From Chiloscyllium plagiosum (lineage: Eukaryota), in assembly GCF_004010195.1 (NCBI RefSeq), contig NC_057718.1, positions 14,442,330 through 14,462,329 on the forward strand: a stretch of 20,000 nt of DNA. The letters are read 5' to 3'. The notes under the pieces were generated by a model, which had not been told where the DNA came from, ran no database searches, and was given only the letters and a program-made list of their open reading frames with translations. Position 1 is the stretch's first letter, and each line of letters opens with the position of its first letter. This document shows positions 1 to 10,365 of the stretch, one piece after another. The position numbers and the translations under genes are program-made.

Positions 1-451
1 CAGGATGTTGGCAGGAATGGAGGGTTTGAGTTTCAAAAATAGATTGGGCAGGCTGGGACGTTTTTCACTGGAACAGAGGAGGTTGAGGAATGACCTTATA
101 GAGGTTTATAAAATCATGAGGGACATAGGTCAGGTGAATAGCAAGGGTCTTTTCCCTAGGACAGAAAGGTTCAAAACGAAGCGGCATACTTTGAAGGTGA
201 CAGGAGAAAGATTTAAAAAGGACATGAGGGACAATGTTTTTACACAGTGTGGTTCGTGTGTGGAATGAGCTGCTAGAGGTGGATGCAGGTACAGTTACAA
301 TGTTTAAAAGACATTTGGATAAGTACGTGAATAGGAAAGGTTTGGAGGGATATGGGCCAGGAGCAGGCAGGTGGGACTACTTTAGTTTGGGAACATGGTG
401 GGTGTGGACTAGTTTTCCAAAGGGTTTGTCTCTGTGCTGTAAGACTCTATA
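1..451 (+). mobile_element. CR1-clade LINE 3' end (ORF2 C-terminus and 3'UTR), decayed
   Basis: ORF track gives LGRFSLEQRRLRNDLIEVYKIM and VVRVWNEL..FKRHLDKY, typical of the CR1 ORF2 C-terminus; ends in a 'gactctat' tail. Confidence 0.9.
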
Positions 452-959
452 ACATAACAAACATATAATGTAGATATTGACAACTTGCAAACAGGCCATT
501 CGGCCTCACCAATCCATGTCAGCATTTAGCTTCCCAAAGCACAATTCTCAACTTAAACTGTCAACATACTTGTTTCCTCAGCCATTAACTGCAAATGTCT
601 GTAAAATCCACTGGTAAATTGAGGTTATCATGAAGATCCCACCTTCTCAACTTCTCCCCTTATCTGAGGTATGGTGACCCTCAGGTTAAACGCACACCAG
701 TTGTTTCTCTGGGAACTGTGGCAACTTTACATAATCTAATGGGGTTCCCAGTCAATTTGGACGTGTTTATTAATGTAATACAGAAGGGTCCAGAGGGACA
801 TTACTTTTCACACACAGGATGGTGAGTGTCTGGAACAAGCTGCCAGATGTAGTGGTGGAAGCGAGTACAATTTTGTCATTTAAGAAACATTTGGACAAGT
901 ACAAGGATGGGAGAAGAATGGAGGGATATGGACCAAACGCAGGCGAATGAATTGTGAAA

Positions 960-1145
960 TAAAAACCAAAAGAGCTGCGGATGCTGTAAATCAGAAATAA
1001 AAACAGAAGTTGCTGGTAAAGCTCAGCAGGTCTGGCAGCATGTCTGAAGAGACATCAAGAGTTAACGTTTCGGATCCAGTGACCCTTCCTCAGAACACGT
1101 TAACTTTGATTTCCCTTCACAGATGCGATCAGACCTTCTAAGATT
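960..1145 (-). mobile_element. Penelope-like terminal repeat fragment (family B) with partial inverted duplication
   Basis: Imperfect inverted arms 1029-1068 and 1097-1135; 'aattgtgaaa' repeated at 950-959 and 1146-1155; related copies at ~10033-10100 and ~15936-16112. Confidence 0.7.
1061..1096 (-). ncRNA. Minimal hammerhead ribozyme motif
   Basis: Reverse complement reads gtt CTGAGGA a GGGTC actg GATCC GAA ACGT T aac; stem I gtt/aac, 5-bp stem II with one G-U. Confidence 0.65.
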
Positions 1146-1338
1146 AATTGTGAAAACTGGGCAGCACGGACAAGTCAGGCCAAAGGACCTGTTTCCATGC
1201 TGTAAACCTCAATGACTCTATAACTGATAACACAGGGAAAACGGCAGAATGTATGACGCAGTCAGGCAATGTTCTTAACCCGTCTGACCCCAATTAAATG
1301 TTCTGCTCTGAATGTCTTGTCTTGATCTCTTTCCACAG

Positions 1339-1487
1339 TCGATCTGGATCAAGGTTTCGAGGTTGACTCGCTGGAATATCTGGAAGCTCTAGAGTGTATT
1401 ACCGAGCGGCTGGAACACCGGGTCAACTTCTGCAAAGCCCACCTCATGATGATCACATGCTTCGACATCGCCTGTGGGAGGCGCTAG
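1339..1487 (+). CDS. KIF26B: Terminal coding exon of kinesin-like protein KIF26B
   Basis: Acceptor 'tctctttccacag' ends at 1338. After 2 nt (phase 1) the frame reads [48 protein letters not shown], stop TAG at 1485-1487. This matches the KIF26B C-terminus as I recall it ([37 protein letters not shown]). Not present in the ORF track. Confidence 0.92.
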
Positions 1488-2546
1488 CGAGGCTGGGCGA
1501 GTGAGTGCTCATGGCAGAGGAGGACATCGGAGAAGAAGGAGGATTACAAAAAAAAACACCCAAAGATACCAGGAAGAGGATGACGGAGGCGTGAAGTGTG
1601 CAGCATGTACGCGAAATGAGTTTTGTTTCTCTCAACAGCAGAATGTACACAGAAGGATGGAAAAGAATGAGTGGAGGGGATGAATATTGGAGCGTGAGAA
1701 TGTTCACTCTTCCATCAGATTGTCAAAGCACTTTGAGGAACTTTTGCTATGTTGTAAATAGGAACCACTTGCTCCAGTTCCCCTTTATTCACTGGGTTGG
1801 GTGGGTGATAGTGGTTGGGAGGGGGAATGAAGGGCTGTTGCTAAGAAATTCATAATGATATACAGAAGGACAATAAGTGCCTTGTAAACTTTATTATATT
1901 ATATTATCCAAAATCTTACATGGACGCATTATTGTACAGTTGGTGCTAGATGATGAATGTTTCACCGTGCTGTTATAGAGGCAGTATCCATTTTGTAAAC
2001 CAAACTTACACCTATACTCCATCCCAAACCAGCATTCTCCCCAAGCTTGGCGGTAACGTGGAATTCGATTGCGGGCAGGGGACAATACCAGTGATCTTGC
2101 TTACCTTATGGGTCCACGGAAGAATATTTCATAACATTTTGAACCAATTTTGACTGATGCTACATGGTAGTCCTCTTTTTATATCAAGGTTTGGCGAACT
2201 GTAAAGGGCGTCGTTGTGTGGAGTTGAGTTTTCAAGAATCAGTGGAACTACATTGAACAAAAATTAAAAAATAATGTTTCAGTAAAGGATGAAATCAAGG
2301 TTGTTTTACTCGGTGTTTTAACTACTTGCTGTTTTTAAGTAACTTTGTATCTAGAGAGTAGGTCAGTAGTCAGGAAGCAGCACATTATTAAAGTGAATGT
2401 CTTTTACTAATGATGAATAGACCACTCAGGGCCACAATGATGCCTCTCAGGCAGATCCCTGCTAGCTTTGTACAATTTAAGACCAGTTCAAAAGCACGTA
2501 TGGACATCTTTATTAATGCTGGTTGTGGGATCATTTAACAAGATAA

Positions 2547-2578
2547 ACACACACACACACATACACACACACACACAC
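2547..2578 (+). repeat. (CA)n microsatellite in the 3'UTR
   Basis: acacacacacacacatacacacacacacacac, one TA interruption. Confidence 0.95.
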
Positions 2579-4488
2579 TATAAATGTAACCCAGCTTCTC
2601 CTACGTTCTGTACACGCGAGTGAACTTGCAAGCAGTGCATATTTAGTGCTGTTACTGGAAGAGCCTTTCCATCATCTTTGTAGGCCACTCGGCCACCTCA
2701 CCTCCTCCTGCCTCCTTCTGAACCTGCTCTGCTGGCCATGGCAGTTCCAAATGTTTGACACCATTAACCCGCAGCTCCAGAATCCTGGTTAGCTTTAACC
2801 AACCAACAGTGTGCATCTTGAAATCTCATTAGAGTGTCGTTTGTTGACGATGAAACTCAAATTATTTGTGATGAGGCTGCAAGGCAAAATTTGTCCAGTC
2901 TCTGTCCGGGCTGGCAATGGTCCTGCTAAGGAAGCAATGACATCGGTGGATATTGTACAGAAAATCTGCCACCATCATGCAATACTGCTTTGGGTTCTTC
3001 ACATGCTGGAATTACAGTAGAGGTTTGGATGGGATACAACTGACCTAAACCATGATGGAATGTGTTGAAGCAAGAGGTTCAGAGAAGCTGATTAATGGAA
3101 TTGGCATCTTTCTAATTCTGGCTTGGATAATCTGGCATTTAACAAGGAAGTCTCTGAGGTAAACTAAACTAAATTCTGGGAAGCTTGTTGTGAAAATAAA
3201 AGTCCCCTCTTGTTTTCCATGTGTTCTGTCTGGCTGCTTAAATTGAATTACTGCTATTTTAAACCAACTACTCATCAGTAAAGCAAACATTAGAGCTTAG
3301 GCCATGGTAAAAGGCTACAATACTATCTCCATTTTCAAATCAGACTCCATCCCCATTGCTTTGTCTCTGGCTGCAGCACAGTAACTTCCATCCAGTTCTT
3401 AATTTGTGGAAAATCAGTTGCACTGACCTCATTACCGTGTACCCAAATGTAACATTTAGCCTGCGCTACCCCCAGACCCAACGCCAGCTTCTGCTGGTTA
3501 CAGTGCGAAACTGACTGGAACCCGAGAGAGCTTTGCAAAGCATGAGTTGGAAATAATGTTCACATTTAAGTATGTCTGTCTCCATTTCAATATTATACCA
3601 CGGTGGCATACTTAAAAGGGCTTCAGTTAAATGATAAATTCACACAACAATGGCAGATGACAGATTGCTAGATGGAGATTAAAAGGTTACAACCCCATAC
3701 CCACCAGCCCCTCCCCTCCCTCGGCCTCAACATTCGACCTGAGTTAATATAGCAAACAGGTCAGGGATGTGGCACACACAGTTCTGGGTTCATCAGTTTT
3801 ATGGCGGGTGATTATTTTATTGCTCTTTCCTTCCACAAAGGACACGATTAAAAGAGCAAACACGGTGCTGAAGTAAGCTAATCATTGCCAGATATGGCCA
3901 CAGGGTCAAAACACTTCACACCTGTTGTCACCTGGAGCAAGGGCTTTTCCTGAGGAGTCCACAATCCCTCAGGGAGTTTCTACACCCAAGGAATGAGTGA
4001 GACTGAGCTTGGTGTTTGTCTGCCTGAGAAGCACATTGCGTCTGTGTGGTCATTCTCAAAGTTGTGCATTATATTTTCCAGATATTTGTCTCTTTAATGG
4101 TGCTTGTGGCAGCTTTAGCTCTGAATGTTTATAAGTCAAACTCTTTTTCTTTTGACTTAAATTAATCCCACACTTCGAGCTGCTGTCTAACACATCTTCG
4201 TCATGTTATGTATGAAGGACATAATTTATTTATGAACTCAGGATGCTCTTGTTTTATAAAGTTGCTTGTATTTTGTAATTTATTTACACATCACGATAAG
4301 AAGCTAACCAGTGCTAACTATGCATTGTTATGTACAGTCGCCTGATCCACATTGTATTACCTTTGTTCCAGCTTGGTTTCCTTTGCATTGTAATCTTGGA
4401 CGTGTCAGAACAGTTGAGGCTTGCTGTTTACCTAACCCCCTTTGTATAAAATGTGTACCATAGTCAAATATTGTAGCCTGGTATTGTG

Positions 4489-4494
4489 AATAAA
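4489..4494 (+). terminator. Polyadenylation signal, probably for KIF26B
   Basis: AATAAA preceded by several TGTA motifs in 4441-4480, at the end of the transposon-free block. Confidence 0.7.
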
Positions 4495-4719
4495 CATTAT
4501 ATTTTACATCCTGTTAAAAACAAGATGTCACTTGCTCGTTGAAACAAGGTGATGCTGTTTACATTGGAATAAGCTGCAAATGTCACTGACTGCCACATCC
4601 ACTTTATTACCCATCCTGCCATCTGAAATACCTATCTCACTGCCTGGCACACCCATCCCATTGGCATGCCCATCCATCTGACATGCCAGTCTTGCTTCCA
4701 CCAACTTACACCATATTCC

Positions 4720-4950
4720 TTGTGAGGTAATCTAGAATGATGAGTTATAGTTTTAGGATAAGAGGTAGTAGATTTAAAGCAGAGATGAGGAGAAAGTATT
4801 TCTCTCAGAGGGTAATGAATCTGTAGAATTTGTGCATGGTGGATGCCAAGGTGCAGAATAAGTTTAAGGAACAGGGTGCTAGGTTTTTAATTAATAATGG
4901 ATTGAGGGCTAGGGAGAGAGGGCACGAAAGTGCGGTTGATGAGATAAGAA
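4720..4950 (+). mobile_element. Old CR1 3' fragment
   Basis: 'tttaaagcagagatgaggagaaagtatttctctcagagggtaatgaatctgt' resembles CR1 F.TEMRR..FSQRV.NLW. Confidence 0.7.
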
Positions 4951-5914
4951 AAAGCACATGAGGTTTAAAAAACTGAAATCAGACAGGGGTCCTGAGCGAT
5001 ATAAAGGAAGCAAGAAAGAACTTGAACAAGGAATTGTGAGTGCTAAAAGGGGCCATGGAATGTCCTTGACAAGAAGGATTAAGGAGAATCCCAAGGTATT
5101 TTATACATATATTTGGAGCAAGAGAGTAGAAAGGGAAAGGGTAGGTCCTTTAAGGACTGAGGGAATTTATACCAGAGGAAGTGGGTGGGGTCCTTTATGA
5201 GTACTTCACATTCATATTCACCAAGGAGAAGGGATGAATGATGGTAAGATTAAGGGAAGGGTATGTTGATATCAGAGCACATCAGTTTTAGATGGAGGTG
5301 GTACTGAGTGTCTTGAAAAAATTAAGTTAGGTAAGTGCCCAAGGCGTGATGAGATCAATCTTAGGATACTGAAGGAGGCAAGAGAGGAGATTACTGGGGT
5401 CTTGACAGCGATCTTTGTATTGTCTTTAGCCACAGGTGCAGTTCCAGAAGGCTGGAGAATGGCCAGCATTGCTCTTTTGTTTAAGAAGGGAACAGGGATA
5501 ATCCAGGAAATGATAGGCCAGTGAGCCTTACATCAGTGATTGGGAAATCATTAGAGAAGACTTAGGGAAAAGATTTACTCACATTTGAAAAAGAATAAGA
5601 TTTATGAACAGTCAGCATGGCTTTGTCTCTCAAATGTGATTGAGCTTTTTGAGGAAGTGACAAAGATGATTGAGGAGAGAAGGGCAGTGGATGTTGACTA
5701 TCTGGATTTAATGAAAACATTTGGCAAGGTCTTTCATGCTAGGCTGGTCCATGAGATTAACTGAAATGGGATCCAAGATTAGGTGGCAAATTGGAATAAA
5801 AATTGACTTGGTCGTAGACACTTTGGGTAGTTTTGGGGGTGGGGAGAGGGGTGTGTTTTTCTGACTGGTGGCATTCCACAAGGATCAGTGCTGAGGACCT
5901 TTGAGGTAAATAAT

Positions 5915-6374
5915 ATAGAGTCATAGAGATGTACAACATGGAAACAGACCCTAAAGCATACCAAACGCCTTCTTCACTATCCTATCTACCTGCGACTCCA
6001 CTTTCAAGGAGCTATGAACCTGCACTCTAAGGTCTCTTTGTTCAGCAACACACCCTAGGACCTTACCATTAAGTGTATAAGTCCTGCTAAGATTTGCTTT
6101 CCCAAAATGCAGCACCTCACATTTATCTGAATTAAACTCCATCTACCACTTCTCAGCCCATTGGCCCATCTGGTCAAGATCCTGTTGTAATTTGAGGTAA
6201 CCCTCTTCACTGTCCACTACACCTCCAATTTTGGTGTCATCTGCAAACTTACTAACTGTACCTCTTATGCTTGCATCCAAATCATTTATGTAAATGACAA
6301 AAAGTAGAGGACCCAGCACCGATCCTTGTGGCACTCCACTGGTCACAGGCCTCCAGTCTGAAAAACAACCCTAT
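5915..6374 (-). mobile_element. Younger CR1 fragment: RT core joined directly to the 3' tail, antisense inside the older CR1
   Basis: [56 protein letters not shown]; tail at 5915-5952; 'gtaaataat' repeated at 5906-5914 and 6375-6383. Confidence 0.9.
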
Positions 6375-6733
6375 GTAAATAATTTGGATGAAAATATGGA
6401 TAATCTGATTAATACGTTTGCAGACTAAACACAAATTGGTAGAGTTGTGGATAACGAGGAAAGTTAGCAAAGGAAACAGCAGGATCTCGATCAGTTGCAA
6501 TGTTGGGAGAAGAGATGGCAGATGGAGTTTAATCCAGACAAGTGTGATATGATGCATTTTGGGAGATCAAATGCAAGAGGGAAATATACGTCAATGGCAG
6601 GACCCTCAGGATCATTTATGTACAGAGGGATCCTTGAGTGCAAATCCATTGCTCCCTGAAAGTGGCCACACAGATGAATAAGGTGATAAAGAAGGCACAG
6701 CCTGCGTTCACGAGTTGGGGCATTGATATTAAA

Positions 6734-6977
6734 GCTGAAAATGTGTTGCTGGAAAAGCGCAGCAGGTCAGGCAGCATCCAGGGAGGAAGAGAGCTTCTTC
6801 AAGGAAGGCATCCTTGTAAGAGGATTTGCAGTAGGTTAAAATCTTCTAGGAGAAAGTGAGGACTGCAGATGCTGGAGATCAGAGCTGAAAATGTGTTGCT
6901 GGAAAAGTGCAGCAGGTCAGGCAGCATCCCTGACCTGCTGCCTGACCTGCTGCGCTTTTCCAGCAACACATTTTCCA
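6734..6977 (-). mobile_element. Penelope-like terminal repeat (family A): tandem partial copies plus a 40-bp fold-back
   Basis: Direct repeat 6734-6779 / 6884-6929; inverted arms 6887-6926 / 6936-6975; 13-bp TSD cattgatattaaa at 6721-6733 and 6978-6990. Confidence 0.8.
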
Positions 6978-7320
6978 CATTGATATTAAAATCAGCAAAT
7001 CATATTGCAGCTGGATAGAACTTCAGGCAAGCCACATTTTCAGAATTGTGTGCAATTCTAGTTGCCACACTGTAGTAAAGAATGTGAAGGCTTTGGAGAG
7101 GGTGCAAAAGAGATTTACCAGGATGTTGTCTGGATTGGAATGTATTAGCTATAAGGAGAGGTTTGATAAACATGGATCGTTCTCGCTAGAACATCAGAGG
7201 CTGAGGTGTGGAGAGGTGATGAGATAAAAGTATATAAAAGTATGAGAGGCATGGATAGGGTGGATAGACTTTGTTCCAGGATGGAAATGTCAAATACTAG
7301 ATGGCATAGGTTTAAGGTGA

Positions 7321-7339
7321 GGGGGGGGGGGGGGGGGGG
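7321..7339 (+). repeat. Poly-G tract (19 G) within CR1
   Basis: Read directly from the sequence. Confidence 0.9.
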
Positions 7340-7504
7340 CAAGTTTAAAGGAGATGTGTGAGGCACACCTTTTTTACCCAGAGGGTGGTAGGTACCTGGA
7401 AATGCTGCCAGGGAGGTGGCAGAGACAGATTTATAGCAATGTTTAAGAGGCATTTAGGTAGACACATGAACAGGCAGGGAATAGAGGACTATGGGAAGAG
7501 ATGG

Positions 7505-7768
7505 CCAAGTGTTATTATCGCTGGACTGTTAATCCAGAGACCCAGATAATGTTCCAGGGACCTGGGTTTGAATACCCTGTGGCAAATGGTGGAATTCACT
7601 TTCGTTTTGAAAAAAAAATCTGGAATTAGGAGTGTAATGAAACCATTATTGATTGTAATCTAGTCTAGTTCACTAATGTTCTTTTGGGAAGGAAACTGCT
7701 ATCCTTATGTGGTATGGACTACAAGTGACTCCAGCCCCACAGCAATGTGGCTGACTCTTAACTTGCCG
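7505..7768 (+). mobile_element. tRNA-derived SINE, decayed
   Basis: B-box-like 'gggtttgaatacc'; shares 'ggtggaatt...aaaaatctggaa.ta.gagt.taatga...aaccatt.ttga.tg' with ~16310-16393. Confidence 0.6.
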
Positions 7769-7769
7769 A

Positions 7770-8060
7770 CTCCTGCTCCTATTTCTTATGTTGTTTGCAT
7801 GAGGTTGTACGAAGACAGAGGGTACAAATTTAAGGTAACTGGTAAAACAACCAGATCAGGAGAAGTGTTTATTTTTTACGCAATGAGTCATTGTGAATTG
7901 GAATTTACTGCCTGGAAAGGTGGGTCTGAGAGGGAACTCAATACATTCCTAAAAGTGGGGGGGGGGGGGAATTAAGTGAGGGACAAAGGGAGTGGGACTA
8001 ATTGGACAACTCTTTTAAAGTACCAGCACAGGGCTGAATGGCCTGGGCTGTAAGATCACT
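7770..8060 (+). mobile_element. Old CR1 3' fragments
   Basis: 'gacagagggtacaaatttaaggtaactggt' (RGYKFKVTG); tail 'gggctgaatggcct'. Confidence 0.65.
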
Positions 8061-8232
8061 TCTCCGCTGTATTTCTCTTACTACCTCTTCAGTGTACATG
8101 AGATCTGTCTGCATTTGCATCGCCTCCTCCACCATCCCCATACTCCAAATAATATTAAAACATTCAGATGCTTTGCTCGGTCAAATACCTTTTGAGGTAC
8201 ATTTTGCAATTTCTTTCCTCCCTCTTGACAAT

Positions 8233-8547
8233 TTTAGGTTAGAATCCCCACAGTACGGAAACAAGCCCTTCAGCCCAACAAGTCCACACCGACCCTCCAA
8301 AGAGCAACCCACCCTACACTTACCCCTGACTAATGCATCTGACACTATGGGCAAATTAACATGGCCAATTTACCCTGACCTGCATATCTTGGTCAGTGGA
8401 AGGAAACCGGAGCACCTGGAGGAAACCCACGCAGACACGGGGAGAACATGCAAACTCCACACAGACTGTCGCCCGAGGCAGGAATTGAACCCAGGTCTCT
8501 GGTGCTGTGAGGCAGCAGTGCTAACCACTGAGCCACCGTGTTGCCCC
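8233..8547 (-). mobile_element. HE1-type V-SINE
   Basis: Minus-strand A box TGGCTCAGTGG (8525-8535) and B box GGTTCAATTCC (8481-8491); V-domain 'ttctccccgtgtctgcgtgggtttcctcc'; CR1-derived tail. Confidence 0.9.
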
Positions 8548-9109
8548 CCTAAGTTTTTGTTTCATGTCAAATTGGTACAGCTGTTTTGGACCATTTTGAC
8601 TGCAGTAAGCATCTGATGGGGCTTGAAAAGAACCCGGAAATTATCGGATGAAAGGGCACATATGAAATAATTAACACCCTTCCCGCAAAACTTTCTCTAA
8701 CTCTGAAAAGCTGCCAGAATCTTTGACCGCTGGCACCCTGCAGCATCCTGCTAACACTGAACTCACTGCATGTTTCTCATTGAAAACCATAACCCTCGAT
8801 GTAATGCAGACATTACAGGCTTGGACAAACACTTTTCAAAAGAATTTGTAACTTTTGAGGTCAGCATATTTATTGTAGCACATCTTCTCCACAACCAGAA
8901 CCATGTGTTTACCAAGATCAGTTTTAATTAGTGTCATTTATTGAGCGCAATTCCGGATCACGTGAATTCCATCCTTAATTCAGCTGACTGTTCACCCACA
9001 CGTTCCACTCATTCAGAGTCATGCTCAGGTTGTGAGGTACACAATATATCCCAATACACCACTAACAGTCATACTGTGGCTTTAGGGCAAGGAAAGGCTT
9101 CCAGGTGAT

Positions 9110-9250
9110 TTACAGGAGATCAGAATTGATGACAAAGTGATGGTAAGATAGGTGACCACATATTAGGTCAAAGAGGCAGGTTTTAAGGAAGATCTTAAAT
9201 GAAAAGAGACAGAGCGACAGATCGCTGCAGGGAGGGAATTCCAGATATCC
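9110..9250 (-). mobile_element. L2-clade LINE 3' end, decayed
   Basis: Minus-strand translation FSFKIFLKTCLFD and 'tggaattccctccct' (WNSLP). Confidence 0.65.
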
Positions 9251-9420
9251 CAGAATGATAGTCCAACTTCTCCAAATTTTTTTCATAACCAAAATTTGTC
9301 ATCCCTGCAACTGCTCTCACAAATTCTTTCTGTGCTCTCACATCCTTCCTAAAGTGCAATGCCCAGAACTGGACACAATACTCCAGCTCAGGCCTGACAT
9401 AACCTACTTGCTGTTGTACC
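9250..9420 (-). mobile_element. CR1 fragment
   Basis: VRPELEYCVQFWALHFRKDV. Confidence 0.8.
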
Positions 9421-9597
9421 CTGAGCAGACAGTAACTCAATTCCACCCTCTTTTTGGACAGTCTCTGCTGGGGAATGGGAATAACTCAGTAGCTCTTACA
9501 GAGAGGAGAAAGTGAGGTCTGCAGATGCTGGAGATCAAAGTTGAAACTTTATTGCTGGAACAGCACAGCAGGTCAGGCAGCATCCAGGGAACAGGAG

Positions 9598-9632
9598 ATT
9601 CGACGTTTCGGGCACAGGCCCTTCTTCAGGAA
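9598..9632 (-). ncRNA. Minimal hammerhead ribozyme motif
   Basis: Reverse complement: ttc CTGAAGA a GGGC ctgt GCCC GAA ACGT C gaat. Confidence 0.7.
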
Positions 9633-9641
9633 GAAGGGCCT

Positions 9642-9677
9642 GTTCCTGAAGAAGGGCCTGTGCCCGAAACGTCGAAT
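9642..9677 (+). ncRNA. Minimal hammerhead ribozyme motif
   Basis: gttc CTGAAGA a GGGC ctgt GCCC GAA ACGT C gaat; stem I gttc/gaat; GUC triplet; AATAAA downstream at 9722-9727. Confidence 0.7.
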
Positions 9678-9912
9678 CTCCTGTTCCCTGGATGCTGCCT
9701 GACCTGCTGTGCTGTTCCAGCAATAAAGTTTCAGCTCTTACAGAGAACCAACATAAGCAGGATGGACCAGATAGTGCCCTTGAACCTTGTAATGCTGTGA
9801 TTGTGAGGGTTAGAGCAGTTACAGAGTGAGGGAACGGGTTAGGCTGGAGGGATTTGAAATCAAAGATAATGTAAATTAAAGTTCAGTTTTTTCAGATCAT
9901 CCTTGTCTTCAG

Positions 9913-10032
9913 ATGATGAAGGAGCAGCGCTCAAAAAGCTAGTGCTTCCAAATAAACCTGCTGGACCATAACCTGGTGTTGTGTGATGTTTAACTTTGTA
10001 CACCCCAGTCCAACACTGGCCCCTCCAAATCA
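9913..10032 (+). mobile_element. Penelope-like terminal repeat (family C) with a decayed hammerhead
   Basis: aTGATGA a gGAGC agc GCTC aaaa AGCT A gtg, then AATAAA at 9951-9956; catalytic core is mutated. Confidence 0.65.
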
Positions 10033-10100
10033 CCAATATTAACTCTGTTTCTCTCTTCACCAATGCTGCCAGATCTCTTGAGTTTCTCCATCAATTTCAG
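10033..10100 (+). mobile_element. Family B terminal repeat fragment
   Basis: 'ttaactctgtttctctcttcaccaatgctgccagatct' resembles the reverse complement of 1010-1065. Confidence 0.6.
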
Positions 10101-10268
10101 TTCAAATCACCAGGGTACACAGCACTTTGCTTTTACCATTCATTTTGAAATAACAATTACACAGAAGAATACAGAAAATATCAAAACAATGTTATTGTAA
10201 AGCATATTCAGGGATAAGATCACCACCTGCAAAGTACACACAGCTAACCACACATGTACATCTACAAA

Positions 10269-10365
10269 GGAGAAAGGGAGGACTGCAGGTGCTGGAGATC
10301 AGAGTCGAGAAGGTGCTGCTGGAAAAGCACAGCAGGTCAGACAGCATCCGAGGAGCAGGAGAATC
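10269..10365 (-). mobile_element. Family A terminal repeat fragment, truncated just before the hammerhead
   Basis: Similar to 9505-9600; TSD atctacaaa at 10260-10268 and 10363-10371. Confidence 0.85.

Larger units (their letters stand above)
780..1221 (+). mobile_element. CR1-clade LINE 3' end, interrupted by a PLE-type insertion at ~960-1145
   Basis: 'tctggaacaagctgccag' (WNKLP), 'tttaagaaacatttggacaagtac' (FKKHLDKY); tail 'gacctgtttccatgctgtaaacctcaatgactcta'. Confidence 0.85.
1488..4520 (+). other. KIF26B: KIF26B 3'UTR (~3 kb)
   Basis: Follows the stop codon; no recognisable transposons; AU-rich; ends at AATAAA. The cleavage site is approximate. Confidence 0.7.
4950..7500 (+). mobile_element. 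Decayed CR1 ORF2 (linker, RT domain, C-terminus) with nested insertions
   Basis: RIKENPKVFYTYI..RVERERVGPL; 'ccacaaggatcagtgctg' (PQGSVL); 'tttgcagac' (FAD); 'tggcagatggagtttaatccagacaagtgtg' (WQMEFNPDKC); FFTQRVVGTW; many stops and frameshifts. Confidence 0.9.
9505..9733. mobile_element. Penelope-like terminal repeat (family A) as a perfect 91-bp inverted duplication
   Basis: Arms 9542-9632 and 9643-9733 are exact reverse complements; TSD agctcttacagaga at 9491-9504 and 9733-9746. Confidence 0.9.

Noticed and set aside
1473..1487. C-terminal CGRR as a CaaX prenylation motif
   Set aside because: G-R-R does not fit aaX, and I do not recall this cysteine in mammalian KIF26B.
1453..1855. ORFs 1453-1707, 1474-1683 and 1598-1855
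   Set aside because: They overlap the KIF26B stop codon and purine-rich proximal UTR, and have no protein-family features.
7321..7339. Functional G-quadruplex
   Set aside because: An expanded homopolymer inside a dead CR1; the length is also unreliable in assemblies.
8038..8616. 192-aa ORF
   Set aside because: Its C-terminal half (RKPEHLEETHADTGRTCKLHT) is the antisense reading of an HE1 SINE; the same peptide appears at 13288-13497.
9505..9733. MITE / DNA-transposon interpretation
   Set aside because: The inverted arms are not at the termini (37 nt extra on one side), TSD length varies among copies, and single-arm truncated copies exist. This fits retrotransposition.
9525..9800. Near-identical ORFs on both strands
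   Set aside because: An artefact of the palindrome.
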